DNA of 64,000 bases from Pyrinomonadaceae bacterium (lineage in GTDB: Bacteria; Acidobacteriota; Blastocatellia; Pyrinomonadales; Pyrinomonadaceae). The translations under genes and the position numbers were made by a program. Every line of letters starts with the position of its first letter. The first letter of the stretch is position 1. The notes below the pieces were generated by a model. That model made no database searches. It was given only the letters and a program-made list of their open reading frames with translations, and had not been told where the DNA came from. Location of the stretch: positions 703,471 to 767,470 of the forward strand of contig JBKBYA010000001.1 in the NCBI GenBank assembly GCA_046313635.1, written 5' to 3'. Positions 20,355 to 30,602 of this stretch are shown piece by piece.

Positions 20355-21797
20355 ATGAGATCACCTTTAACAATAAGGCTCGCATTGTCGGCGATCGCGT
20401 TATTGGCGACGGCCGGAGCGGCCCGCGCGCAGGATTACCTGCCGGAGCTCGTCAAGCGGATCAAGCCTTCGGCCGTCGCGATCGAGACGTTTGATTCGCG
20501 AGGGAATTCGTTGTCGCGCGGCAGCGGCTTTTTTGTCTCGCCGGACCGCGTCATCACCAACAAGCACGTCATCGACCGCTCGAGCCGCGTCGAGATACAT
20601 CTGCTCGACGGCAAAAAATTTCCGGTCCGGGGCGTGCTGGCTGTCGACGGCGAGGGCGATCTCGCTCTGCTGCAGGTCGATCTGCCGAAAGGCATCGCGG
20701 TCGCTCCGCTGCCATTCGTCAAGACGGTTCCGCAGGAGGGCGAGTCGATCGTCGTGATCGGCAACCCGTACGGCCTCGAGGGCAGCGTCTCGGACGGCAT
20801 CGTGTCGGCCGTGCGAGAGATCCAGGGCTACGGCAAGATCATACAGATCACGGCCCCGATCTCGCCGGGCTCGTCCGGCTCGCCCGTGGTCAACATGCTC
20901 GGCGAGGTGATCGGCGTCGCGACGTTGCAGGCCGCCGAGGGACAAAGCCTGAACTTTGCCGTTCCCGCCGACCGCATCGGCCAGCTAAAGATCGGCGAGC
21001 TGCAGACCGTCTCGAACGTCTCCGCCGAGACGCAGCGCAACAAACGCTCGACCGCCGAGCGCAGCTACGCACAGGGGCTCGCCCAGCTCTCTCGCGACGA
21101 TTTTGCTCGTGCTCTGCCTTACTTTGAGCGTGCGACCGAGATCGACGCGAATTACGCCGAAGCGTGGTATCAGGCCGGATATTGCTACGGCGTTTTGGGC
21201 CGGCACTCCGACGCTCTCCGCGCTTCGCGGCAGGCGGCAAGGCTGCGGCCCGAGTGGGCGCAGGTTTACGTCAACATCGGCGCGTCGAGCTTTGCTCTCG
21301 GCCAGTACAAGGACGCGCTCGAGGCTTACAAACAGGCCGCCAAGCTCGACGACGACAACGGCGAGATCCAGTACGCACTGGGGCTGACGCTCAACAAGCT
21401 CGGCCGCACCGACGAGGAGATACTCGCGTACAAACGGGCGCTCACATTCAAGCCCGACCTCGCCGGAGCGATGGAGAAGCTGGGCCTCGCGTACTTCAAG
21501 CAGAAGCGCTACTCGGACGCCGCGGCCGCATTCGAGCAGCTCAAGATCTACCGCCCCGACGAAAAGACCTACAACAATCTCGGCGAGGCGCTGCTCGAGC
21601 AGGACAAGTTTGAGGACAGCGTTTCAGCCTTTAACAACGCGCTCGGCTACAACCCGGATTTTGACCGGGCGAGATTCAACCTCGGCCGCGCGTACCTCAA
21701 GCTCGGCAATCGCGAGCTCGCGATGGTTCAGCTCGAGATACTGCGAAACTCACGCTCGGACTGGGCCGACCGACTTTACGTCCTGCTTAATCCCTAA
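20355..21797 (+). CDS. Trypsin-like serine protease with TPR repeats
   Basis: 'GSGFF', 'TNKHV', 'DLALL', 'ISPGSSGSP'; C-terminal TPRs; signal peptide. Confidence 0.9.
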   Translation: MRSPLTIRLALSAIALLATAGAARAQDYLPELVKRIKPSAVAIETFDSRGNSLSRGSGFFVSPDRVITNKHVIDRSSRVEIHLLDGKKFPVRGVLAVDGEGDLALLQVDLPKGIAVAPLPFVKTVPQEGESIVVIGNPYGLEGSVSDGIVSAVREIQGYGKIIQITAPISPGSSGSPVVNMLGEVIGVATLQAAEGQSLNFAVPADRIGQLKIGELQTVSNVSAETQRNKRSTAERSYAQGLAQLSRDDFARALPYFERATEIDANYAEAWYQAGYCYGVLGRHSDALRASRQAARLRPEWAQVYVNIGASSFALGQYKDALEAYKQAAKLDDDNGEIQYALGLTLNKLGRTDEEILAYKRALTFKPDLAGAMEKLGLAYFKQKRYSDAAAAFEQLKIYRPDEKTYNNLGEALLEQDKFEDSVSAFNNALGYNPDFDRARFNLGRAYLKLGNRELAMVQLEILRNSRSDWADRLYVLLNP

Positions 21798-22549
21798 ACG
21801 TCCTGCCTTCGATTGATCAGGCTCGCGACAAACCCCGCACCGAATCCGTTGTCGATATTGACGACCGTCACGTTTGACGCGCACGAGTTGAGCATCCCGA
21901 GCAGCGCCGCGATGCCGCCGAATGACGCGCCATAGCCGATGCTCGTCGGCACCGCAATGACCGGCACCTTGACGAGCCCGCCGACGACCGACGGCAGAGC
22001 GCCTTCCATTCCGGCGGCGACGATCACAACTCGCGCTCCGGCAAGCGTTACTCGCTCGGCGAGGATGCGGTGAATGCCCGCGACGCCGGCGTCCCAGACG
22101 CGGCGAACGCGGTTGCCCATCGCTTCGGCGGTCAGCGCGGCCTCTTCGGCGACCGGGATGTCGCTCGTGCCGGCGGTGACGACGGCGATCTCGCCCGTGC
22201 CGAGCTCGGTCCTGTCGCGGATCACGCGGATCAGCCTCGCCGACTCGTGCCACTCGGCATCGCCGGCGACGTTGCGGATCTCGCCAAAGGTATCGGCGTC
22301 GGTCCGCGTGACGAGCACGTTCGGCGAGCGGGCGATCAATTTTTCAAAGATGCCGACGATCTGCTCCCGCGTCTTGCCCTGGCCAAAGATCACCTCCGGA
22401 AAGCCCTGCCGCGCCGAGCGCGCGTGATCGACGCGGGCGTAGCCGATGTCCTCGAATCCCAGATTCCGGATCTGCTCGGCCGCCTGCCGCTCGCTCATCG
22501 TCCCGGCCGAAAAGGCGCGAAGTATCGCTTCGATGTCTTCAGTTCTCAT
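21794..22549 (-). CDS. larB: Nickel pincer cofactor biosynthesis protein LarB
   Basis: '[11 protein letters not shown]', '[12 protein letters not shown]', 'AGMEGALPS', '[10 protein letters not shown]'. Confidence 0.92.
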   Translation of the reverse strand: MRTEDIEAILRAFSAGTMSERQAAEQIRNLGFEDIGYARVDHARSARQGFPEVIFGQGKTREQIVGIFEKLIARSPNVLVTRTDADTFGEIRNVAGDAEWHESARLIRVIRDRTELGTGEIAVVTAGTSDIPVAEEAALTAEAMGNRVRRVWDAGVAGIHRILAERVTLAGARVVIVAAGMEGALPSVVGGLVKVPVIAVPTSIGYGASFGGIAALLGMLNSCASNVTVVNIDNGFGAGFVASLINRRQDV

Positions 22550-22590
22550 ATCGCGTAAGAGTCGAATCTACAACACCGCCGGGCCCAAAC

Positions 22591-22622
22591 AAAAAAACGG
22601 CGGGAAAACCGTTTCCCGCCGT
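22591..22622 (-). terminator. Rho-independent terminator after the small ORF 22657..22776
   Basis: Minus strand ACGGCGGGAAA-CGGT-TTTCCCGCCGT-TTTTTT. Confidence 0.8.
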
Positions 22623-22656
22623 AAAGCGTTGAGGAGGAGTATCAGAAGATGGATGA

Positions 22657-22776
22657 TCAGACAAAGATCCCGACGTACTTGTACCAGGAGGCGAGCCTTA
22701 TCATCACGGCCGACACCACTCCGCTCGTGACGACGCCGAGCAAAACTTTGCAGAACAAACAGTCCAGATCGTTCAT
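22657..22776 (-). CDS. 39-aa hydrophobic peptide with CxxC (not in ORF track)
   Basis: AAGGAGGT RBS 5 nt before ATG; MNDLDCLFCKVLLGVVTSGVVSAVMIRLASWYKYVGIFV*; own terminator. Confidence 0.75.
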   Translation of the reverse strand: MNDLDCLFCKVLLGVVTSGVVSAVMIRLASWYKYVGIFV

Positions 22777-22954
22777 GGCTTACCTCCTTTCCAGGATCTT
22801 ATCGCTTGCGGCCCTGCGAATATTCCGCTTTGTGCCGCCTTCAACCTGATACGCGGGGCGGCCGGGCGATACGTATCACCCGCGGAAGAAAATTTTTGTT
22901 CGGCAGGCAAAATTGCGCTATCCAGCAAACGAAAACTAAAATCCCCTTGAACCT

Positions 22955-23569
22955 ATGGAACTCACAGTCGCCATCACCGGAGCCTCCGGCACCATCTACG
23001 CGCACCGCACGCTGCAATTGCTGGCCGCGAGCCGCGCGGTCGAGACGATCAATCTCGTAATGTCGTCGACGGCGGCGACCGTCGCTCAGGTCGAGATGGG
23101 CGTGAATCTGCGCGAGCCTTCGGTCGCGAAGTTCAACGAGTGGCTCGGGCTGCCCGCAGATTCACGGCTTATACGCTTTTGGCGGCTCGACAATCTCGCG
23201 GCAAAGCCGTCGTCGGGCTCCAACAAACAGGCCGGGATGATAATCGTCCCGTGCTCGATGGGCACGCTCGGCGCGATCGCGTCGGGTGCGGGCACACATC
23301 TCATTCACCGCGCCGCGGACGTCTGTCTCAAAGAGGGCCGCAAGCTCATCCTCGTTCCGCGAGAGACGCCTTACAACGCGATCCATCTCGAGAATATGCT
23401 GCGGCTCGCACACGCCGGAGCGCGGATAATGCCGGCGAGCCCCGGCTTTTACCACCGGCCGCAGACGATCGCGGAGCTGGTCGATCATCTCTGCTACCGG
23501 ATCCTCGATCAGTTCGACATCCCCCACGAGCGACGGACGCAGTGGACGGGCGAGGAGGTCGCGGAGTAG
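22955..23569 (+). CDS. ubiX: Flavin prenyltransferase UbiX family
   Basis: 'ITGASG', 'PCSMGTLG', 'RAADVCLKEGR', 'RETP', 'PGFYHRP'. Confidence 0.93.
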   Translation: MELTVAITGASGTIYAHRTLQLLAASRAVETINLVMSSTAATVAQVEMGVNLREPSVAKFNEWLGLPADSRLIRFWRLDNLAAKPSSGSNKQAGMIIVPCSMGTLGAIASGAGTHLIHRAADVCLKEGRKLILVPRETPYNAIHLENMLRLAHAGARIMPASPGFYHRPQTIAELVDHLCYRILDQFDIPHERRTQWTGEEVAE

Positions 23570-24247
23570 ATGAAAGCGAAGCTCTCGATCGCGATCGTCT
23601 TCGCCGTGCTGCTCGCGTCGGCCGCGGGGTTTGCGCAGGAGAGATACGTTCGCCCGGTTGACGAGGCCTTGCAGGATAAGAGCTTTGTCGAATTTCGAAA
23701 AAAGCTGATCGCGGCGGTCGAGCGGCGGGATGTAAAGTTTCTCCTTTCGATCGTCGACGCTCGCATCAAGAACAGCTTCGGGGGCGACGACGGCGTCGCC
23801 GAGTTCAAGCAGCAGTGGAATATCGGGACAAAGAACAGCAAATTCTGGGACGAGTTCCTGATCGTCGTATCGAATGGCGGCCGGTGGATACGCGACGACG
23901 AGAGCGGGACGAAACTCTTTCTTGCTCCGTACACATTTCAGGCGTTTCCCGACGACCTTGACGCGTTCGAGTACTCGGTGATCTTTGGCAAGGACGTCAA
24001 CCTTCGCGCCCGGCCGTCGGCTGATGCGCCGGTCGTGGCAAAGCTCTCGTACAACGTCGTAAAGATCACGGCTAACATTCCCAAAAGGAACGACCGCGAC
24101 GCGGCGGAGTGGTACAAGGTCGAGACGCTCGGCGGCAAGAGCGGATGGGTCAAGGCCGATTTCGTCCGCAGCCCGATCGACTACCGCGCGGCCTTTGTAA
24201 AAAAGCGCGGCGTTTGGAAGATGACGGCCTTTATCGCCGGAGACTGA
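23570..24247 (+). CDS. Secreted SH3-domain protein
   Basis: Signal peptide; 'VNLRARPS...WYKVET..GKSGWV'. Confidence 0.8.
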   Translation: MKAKLSIAIVFAVLLASAAGFAQERYVRPVDEALQDKSFVEFRKKLIAAVERRDVKFLLSIVDARIKNSFGGDDGVAEFKQQWNIGTKNSKFWDEFLIVVSNGGRWIRDDESGTKLFLAPYTFQAFPDDLDAFEYSVIFGKDVNLRARPSADAPVVAKLSYNVVKITANIPKRNDRDAAEWYKVETLGGKSGWVKADFVRSPIDYRAAFVKKRGVWKMTAFIAGD

Positions 24248-24248
24248 G

Positions 24249-25004
24249 ATGACCGACACGATCGAGCGTTTTTCAAACCGAGTTGAGAATTACATCAAGT
24301 ACCGCCCCGGTTATCCCGCTGGGGTTTTGCGGCTTTTCAGGGAAGAGATGGGACTCGTGCCCGGATCGGTCGTCGCCGATATCGGCTCGGGGCCGGGCGT
24401 TTCGACACGGATGTTTCTCGAGAACGGCAATACGGTCTACGCCGTCGAGCCGAACGACGCGATGCGCGCCGCGGCCGAGCATCTGCTTGGTCACGATCCA
24501 AACTTCAAAAGCGTGAAAGGCACCGCCGAGGCGACCGCGCTGCCGGATGCATCGGCGGACATCGTCACTGCCGCGCAGGCGTTTCACTGGTTTGATCGCG
24601 AACGGGCGAGAAGGGAATTTCAGCGCATCCTAAAACCCGGCGGATGGGTCGCCCTGATCTGGAATCTGCGGCTCGTCGACGGCACGCCTTTTCTTGGCGA
24701 GTACGAGCGGTTTCTGCTCGATCACGCTACCGACTACGCGGCGGTGCGGCACGACAACATCACCGAGGACGAGATCCGCGAGTTCTTTGGCAGCGAATAC
24801 GGGCACGCCGTTTTTGACAATGTTCAGGTCTTTGACTTTGCGGGGCTGCGGGGCCGTATGTTCTCGGCGTCGTATATGCCTGCCGAGAGAACGCCGGCCG
24901 GCGAGCGCGCCGAAAAAGAACTGCGGCTGCTTTTTGATTCGCACCAGCGTGACGGTAGAATAGAGGTTCGCTACAACACCAATATTTACTACAGTAAGTT
25001 CTAG
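24249..25004 (+). CDS. Class I SAM-dependent methyltransferase
   Basis: 'DIGSGPG', 'AVEPN', 'AAQAFHWFD', 'LKPGG'. Confidence 0.9.
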   Translation: MTDTIERFSNRVENYIKYRPGYPAGVLRLFREEMGLVPGSVVADIGSGPGVSTRMFLENGNTVYAVEPNDAMRAAAEHLLGHDPNFKSVKGTAEATALPDASADIVTAAQAFHWFDRERARREFQRILKPGGWVALIWNLRLVDGTPFLGEYERFLLDHATDYAAVRHDNITEDEIREFFGSEYGHAVFDNVQVFDFAGLRGRMFSASYMPAERTPAGERAEKELRLLFDSHQRDGRIEVRYNTNIYYSKF

Positions 25005-25009
25005 CTTTT

Positions 25010-25870
<861 letters not shown>

Positions 25871-25898
25871 GTCAGAACCGCCCCGCGTAAGCGGGCGG
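25871..25898. repeat. REP-like palindrome
   Basis: GTCAGAACCGCCCCGCGTAAGCGGGCGG immediately after the mqnD stop. Confidence 0.5.
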
Positions 25899-26006
25899 GC
25901 TCTTCCTCTCCGCTGTCACTGCACAACACGCGACAACGATCAACCCGCGGGCCCACACGGCCCGCGTTTTTTTTGCCCCGAGTTCGAGGCGGCCGCAGTA
26001 TTTTTG

Positions 26007-26105
26007 GCAGCGGATGAAGCGGATCGGTCGGATAATGCGGATAGGTAGATCTTTCTCGATCACTTCTCGATCCGTACTATCCGGCTCATCCGTTTTATCC
26101 GCTGC
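26007..26105. repeat. Inverted 9-bp-period tandem-repeat element
   Basis: (NNNN-CGGAT) x4, spacer, (ATCCG-NNNN) x4; ends GCAGCGGAT / ATCCGCTGC. Confidence 0.8.
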
Positions 26106-26204
26106 GAGAATGCGGAGTCATCAGCCGACCCGGAAATCCGCGGCTCGTGTCAACTTTTGCGCGGGCGCGAGCATCTTATGGCCGACACTCAGAGGATTTG
26201 AGAG

Positions 26205-27017
26205 ATGAAAAAAATATTCCCCGCCAGTCTGGTCCTGTGTTTCGCTGCGGCAATCTCGGCATTCGGCCAAGGCGATACGGTACAGCGCGTCCCGCTCGAC
26301 CAGGCGCAGATCGACCGGATCATCAAGGCGTTTACCGAGAACGAGTCAAAGTTTCGAATGGCGTTGACCAACTACGTCTTTAACCGCAGCGCGACGGTCA
26401 GCACGCTCGGGATGGGCGGGCAGATCACGGGGACGTTCCGGCGCGATTCGTTCATGTCTTTGACGCCGAGCGGCGAACGGTTTGAAAAGATCCTCTTCGC
26501 ACCGATCGCGACGACACCGCCGGGATTTGTCACGCCCGAAGATCTCGAGGACCTCGGCGGCGTGACGCCCTTTGCGCTCGAGCCTTCGGCGATACCGCAG
26601 TACAACTTTGTCTATGTCGGCAAGGACAAGATCGACGATCTGAGCCTTTACGTCTTTGACGTCACGCCCAAGGTCATCCCCGATCCTAAAAGGTCGAAGC
26701 TTCGCCTTTTCACCGGCCGCATTTGGGTCGACGATCAGGACCTGATGATCGTCAAGACCAAGGGCAAGGCCGTGCCCGAGACCAAGATCAACAAGTTCCC
26801 GGTCGTCGAGACGTGGCGAGAGAATATCGACGGCAAGTACTGGTTCCCGACCTACGCGTCGTCCGACGACGAGCTCGTCTTTGACAGCGGCGAGACGGTC
26901 AGGCTGAGGATGCGCGTCAAGTACACCGACTATAAACTCGGCCGCACCGACGTCCGCATCCTCGACGACGAAGAAGAGACAAAGCCCACGCCAAGCCCGA
27001 CGCCTAAAAAGCCCTAA
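26205..27017 (+). CDS. Hypothetical secreted protein (possibly LolA/lipoprotein-sorting-like)
   Basis: Signal peptide; beta-rich; 'FTGRIWVDDQDLMIVK'. Confidence 0.65.
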   Translation: MKKIFPASLVLCFAAAISAFGQGDTVQRVPLDQAQIDRIIKAFTENESKFRMALTNYVFNRSATVSTLGMGGQITGTFRRDSFMSLTPSGERFEKILFAPIATTPPGFVTPEDLEDLGGVTPFALEPSAIPQYNFVYVGKDKIDDLSLYVFDVTPKVIPDPKRSKLRLFTGRIWVDDQDLMIVKTKGKAVPETKINKFPVVETWRENIDGKYWFPTYASSDDELVFDSGETVRLRMRVKYTDYKLGRTDVRILDDEEETKPTPSPTPKKP

Positions 27018-27018
27018 A

Positions 27019-27155
27019 CGGAACGCGGACGCCCTCGTCCGCATGAGCGTTCGTCTTCGGACGCGAAGAGAAATGCCGGAGAACCATCTGACTTGATTCT
27101 CCGGCGTCTCGTCTTCGTGCTTCGCACTCATGCGGACGAGGGCGTCCGCGTTCCG
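27019..27155. repeat. REP doublet (REPIN-like) with perfect 29-bp inverted arms
   Basis: CGGAACGCGGACGCCCTCGTCCGCATGAG (27019-27047) and its exact reverse complement (27127-27155). Confidence 0.85.
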
Positions 27156-27943
27156 CCGGAGAGTTCTTGGGCGATCGCTTCGCGGGTCTTACGGAGGAGT
27201 TCGCTCACGCCTTTGTCGGGGTCGAGGCCGGCGACGTCGATCGGCGGGAGCAGAGTCATTTCGATCGTGCCCGGATAGAGCACGCCCGAGCGTTTGCCCA
27301 TCATCCAGTCGGTATTCTTGATGGCGACCGGGACGACCGGCACGCCGGTCTGCAGGGCGAGATGAAAGGCGCCTTTTTTGAATGGCAGCAGCTCGCCCGG
27401 CATCGCCCGCGTGCCCTCGACAAAGACGCCAAAGGAATATCCGTCGGCGATCACCTCGCGGGCCTTTTCCATCGAGCGGCGGGCGCGTTCGGCATTGGAG
27501 CGGTCGATAGCGATGATGTTGACAAAGCTCATCCCCTGACCGAGTACGGGCGCTTTGAGCAGCTCTTTTTTGGCGACGAGGCCGATCCGCCGGCCGGCGT
27601 AGCGAAACAGCGCGGCCGTGTCGAGATACGAGCGATGATTTGACGCAAAGACGTACTGGCGCCCGGGCTCGAGATGCTCCTGCCCGGTCACCTTTACTCT
27701 TGCGCCGCAGAGCCGCAGCCACGTTTTGGCTCCCCAGAGCGCAAGCGGGTAAAGCGCGCGCCGGCGGTTAACCATCCAGAGCACGACGAGGGCCGGAGCG
27801 CCGATAAAGAGCAGCATCACTGAAGCGGCGAGCCAGCACCACCAGTAACGAACTTTCCCGCCCAAACGCGATTTGTTAACCTGCTTGACGGGAATCACAA
27901 GCTTCTTGTTCTCACCAATCTCCGCGAGGGAAATCTCAGGCAT
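27128..27943 (-). CDS. plsC: 1-acyl-sn-glycerol-3-phosphate acyltransferase
   Basis: 'SNHRSYLD', 'AKKEL', 'FVEGTR', 'FKKGAF'; start position uncertain. Confidence 0.88.
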   Translation of the reverse strand: MPEISLAEIGENKKLVIPVKQVNKSRLGGKVRYWWCWLAASVMLLFIGAPALVVLWMVNRRRALYPLALWGAKTWLRLCGARVKVTGQEHLEPGRQYVFASNHRSYLDTAALFRYAGRRIGLVAKKELLKAPVLGQGMSFVNIIAIDRSNAERARRSMEKAREVIADGYSFGVFVEGTRAMPGELLPFKKGAFHLALQTGVPVVPVAIKNTDWMMGKRSGVLYPGTIEMTLLPPIDVAGLDPDKGVSELLRKTREAIAQELSGGTRTPSSA

Positions 27944-30431
27944 GGCGAATAGTCTAAGGTCCAAGGTCCAAAGTCCAAAGTCGGACGCGGGAAGTTCATG
28001 GTTCAGAGTTCAGGGTTCGAAGTTCAGAGACGGAGAGCTCTCCCGTCTCTCTGCGGCTTTGCGGCTTTGCGGGATATTTCTTGCGCTCTCGCTCGCGGCA
28101 CTCGCGCAGGTGCCGTCGCCGGAGTCGGTCCTAGGGTTTCGACCGACCGACGACCGCACGATCGCCGATTGGAGCCAGATCGTCGATTACTTTGCAAAGC
28201 TCGATCGCGCGAGCGACAAGGTCGCGGTCCGCGAGATCGGCAAGTCGACGCTTGGGCGTCCGCTGATCGTCGCCTTTATCTCATCGCCGTCGAACATCAA
28301 GAATCTCGAACGTTATCGTCAGATCTCCGCCAAGCTCGCCGACCCGCGAACGATCCGCGACGCCGGTGAGGCCGAAGACCTCATCAAGAACGGCAAGACC
28401 ATCGTCGCTATCTCGTGCTCGATCCACTCGACCGAGATCGTCGCTTCGCAGATGTCGATGAATCTCGCTTACGAGCTCGCGACGGCGAACGACGCCGAGA
28501 CGCGCGAGATCCTCGACAACACCATCCTGTTGCTGATCCCTTCGCCGAATCCTGACGGAATACAGATCGTCGCCGACTGGTACCGCAAGACGCTCGGCAC
28601 AAAGGCCGAGGGCACCGCTCCGCCCGAGCTCTATCACCACTACGCGGGTCACGACGACAACCGCGACTGGTTCATGCTCAACCTCGCCGAGACGCAGGCC
28701 GTCACCAAGCTCTTTTGGCAGGAGTGGTTCCCGCAGCTCGTCTACGACGTGCACCAGCAGGGACAGACGAATTCGCGATTCATCATCCCGCCCTTCTACG
28801 ACCCGGCAAATCCGCGCGTCTCGCCGTCGATACTTCGCGAGGTCGGGCTGATCGGCTACAAGATGGCCGCTGACCTGCAGGCGAAGGGCGTGAAGGGCGT
28901 CGCGACCAATTCGACCTACGACACGTGGTGGCACGGCGGCTTTCGCTCGGCGCCGTACTATCACAATTCGATCGGCATCCTGAGCGAGGCGGCCAGCGCC
29001 GATCTGATGACGCCGGTCAAGATAACGCCCGAGCAGCTCAAAAAGGCGCGGCCCGTGCGCGGCCTGCCTTCGCTTGTTGATACAGCGACGAACTATCCCG
29101 ACCCCTGGCTCGGCGGCACGTGGGGCCCGCGCGATATCGCCAACATCGAGATGATCGCGAGCCGCGCGCTGCTGCAGATGGCGGCGAAGTTTCGGCCGCG
29201 GTATTTGCGCAATTTCTACGAGCTCGGCCGTGCCAACACGATGCCCGACCCGTCGGAGCCGCAGGCTTTCGTCATTACGGCCGGCCAGCCGAATGGCGAG
29301 GCCGCGGCGCGGCTGATCGAGATCCTGATGTGGCAGGGCATCGAGGTGTACGAGATGACCCGAGAGCTGCACGTCAAGATGCAGCCGACGCAGACGGACT
29401 TTCACGAGCTGCCGCTGAGGAGCTTTGTCGTCTTTGTCAACCAGCCGCAGAAGATGAACGTCCTCAGCCTGTTTGAAAAGCAGGAGTATCCTCACCGCCT
29501 TTTGCCGAACGGTGAGGCCGAGGTCCCGTACGACGTCGCCGGCTGGACGCTCCCGCTGCAGATGGGCGTCGATCACGAGGCGGTCTGGCAGATCCGCGAT
29601 CTCGAAAAAGAACGGCCGTTGCTCAAGCGCGTCGCGCACCCGAACCAGGCACGCGCCGCATTCAACCTTCACCAGTCCGGCACGCCCTTCAAAGGGCAGG
29701 CGTACCCGCTCAGATCGCGGCCGCTCGTCGGCCTCTACCGCGGATACACGTCGTCGATGGACGAGGGCTGGACGCGCTTTGTCCTCGATACGTTCTCGAT
29801 CCCGTTCAAGCCGCTGCGCGACGCGGACATTCGCGGCGGCGATCTCAATTGCCGACTGGCCGTCGAATGCGACGTCGTCATACTGCCGTCCGACGGCGAG
29901 AATGCGATCGTAAAGGGCATCACAAACGAGAACTATCCGGCCGAATTCACCGGCGGCATCGGCGATGCGGGCGTCGAAAACCTCAAAAGGTTTGTCGACC
30001 GCGGCGGCCGTCTCGTCTGCTTTGACGACTCGTGCGAGATGGTCATCAAGCGGTTTGGCCTGCCGGTGAAGAACGTGCTCGACGGACTGAAGCGAAGCGA
30101 ATTTTACAATCCCGGCTCGATCGTGCGGCTCGACGTCGATACGTCGCATCCGCTCGCCCGCGGCCAGGCTCCGGACACGGCCGCCTACTTCATCAACAGC
30201 GCGGCGTACGAGATCGGCGACGCGTCACGAGTTCGCTCGGTCGCGCGCTACGCCGCAAAGGATGCGCTGCTCTCGGGCTGGATGCTCGGCGAAAAATATC
30301 TTAACGGCAAGACCGCGCTCGCCGAGGCCTCGTACGGCAAAGGCCGGATCGTCCTCTTCGGCTTTCGTCCGCAGCATCGCGGGCAAACGTGGGGCACGTT
30401 CCGTTTCATCTTCAACGCCCTTGAGCGGTGA
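27942..30431 (+). CDS. M14 zinc carboxypeptidase family protein, secreted
   Basis: 'IHSTE', 'NPDG', 'DNRDW', 'DVHQQG'; start uncertain (first in-frame ATG at 27942). Confidence 0.85.
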   Translation: MANSLRSKVQSPKSDAGSSWFRVQGSKFRDGELSRLSAALRLCGIFLALSLAALAQVPSPESVLGFRPTDDRTIADWSQIVDYFAKLDRASDKVAVREIGKSTLGRPLIVAFISSPSNIKNLERYRQISAKLADPRTIRDAGEAEDLIKNGKTIVAISCSIHSTEIVASQMSMNLAYELATANDAETREILDNTILLLIPSPNPDGIQIVADWYRKTLGTKAEGTAPPELYHHYAGHDDNRDWFMLNLAETQAVTKLFWQEWFPQLVYDVHQQGQTNSRFIIPPFYDPANPRVSPSILREVGLIGYKMAADLQAKGVKGVATNSTYDTWWHGGFRSAPYYHNSIGILSEAASADLMTPVKITPEQLKKARPVRGLPSLVDTATNYPDPWLGGTWGPRDIANIEMIASRALLQMAAKFRPRYLRNFYELGRANTMPDPSEPQAFVITAGQPNGEAAARLIEILMWQGIEVYEMTRELHVKMQPTQTDFHELPLRSFVVFVNQPQKMNVLSLFEKQEYPHRLLPNGEAEVPYDVAGWTLPLQMGVDHEAVWQIRDLEKERPLLKRVAHPNQARAAFNLHQSGTPFKGQAYPLRSRPLVGLYRGYTSSMDEGWTRFVLDTFSIPFKPLRDADIRGGDLNCRLAVECDVVILPSDGENAIVKGITNENYPAEFTGGIGDAGVENLKRFVDRGGRLVCFDDSCEMVIKRFGLPVKNVLDGLKRSEFYNPGSIVRLDVDTSHPLARGQAPDTAAYFINSAAYEIGDASRVRSVARYAAKDALLSGWMLGEKYLNGKTALAEASYGKGRIVLFGFRPQHRGQTWGTFRFIFNALER
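27951..28072. repeat. Stacked short tandem repeats (two 7-mer arrays and one 8-mer array)
   Basis: (RGTCCAA)x4, (RGTTCAG)x5, (CTTTGCGG)x3. Confidence 0.75.
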
Positions 30432-30439
30432 CCGCGGTC

Positions 30440-30556
30440 GTGTCTGTAGCCCGCACGTAAGTAAGGGCTCAAGATTGTTCGTCGTCTACGTTGAAGGGGC
30501 CTGACTCGTTGAGGATCGCTGCGTTGAGCCCTTACTCACGTGCGGGCTGCTGACAC
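30440..30556. repeat. REP doublet (REPIN-like)
   Basis: 33-bp inverted arms at 30440-30472 and 30524-30556 with 3 mismatches. Confidence 0.85.
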
Positions 30557-30602
30557 ATGAGCCGCCAAGGCTCGCCTAAGCCGCTGTGTTAAAATCTCGT
30601 TT

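Noticed and set aside
21794..22549. larB without larA/C/E nearby
   Set aside because: lar genes are often dispersed; this is not informative from one window.
22649..22849. Plus-strand 66-aa ORF in the track
   Set aside because: The minus-strand 39-aa ORF has the better-spaced RBS and a matching terminator.
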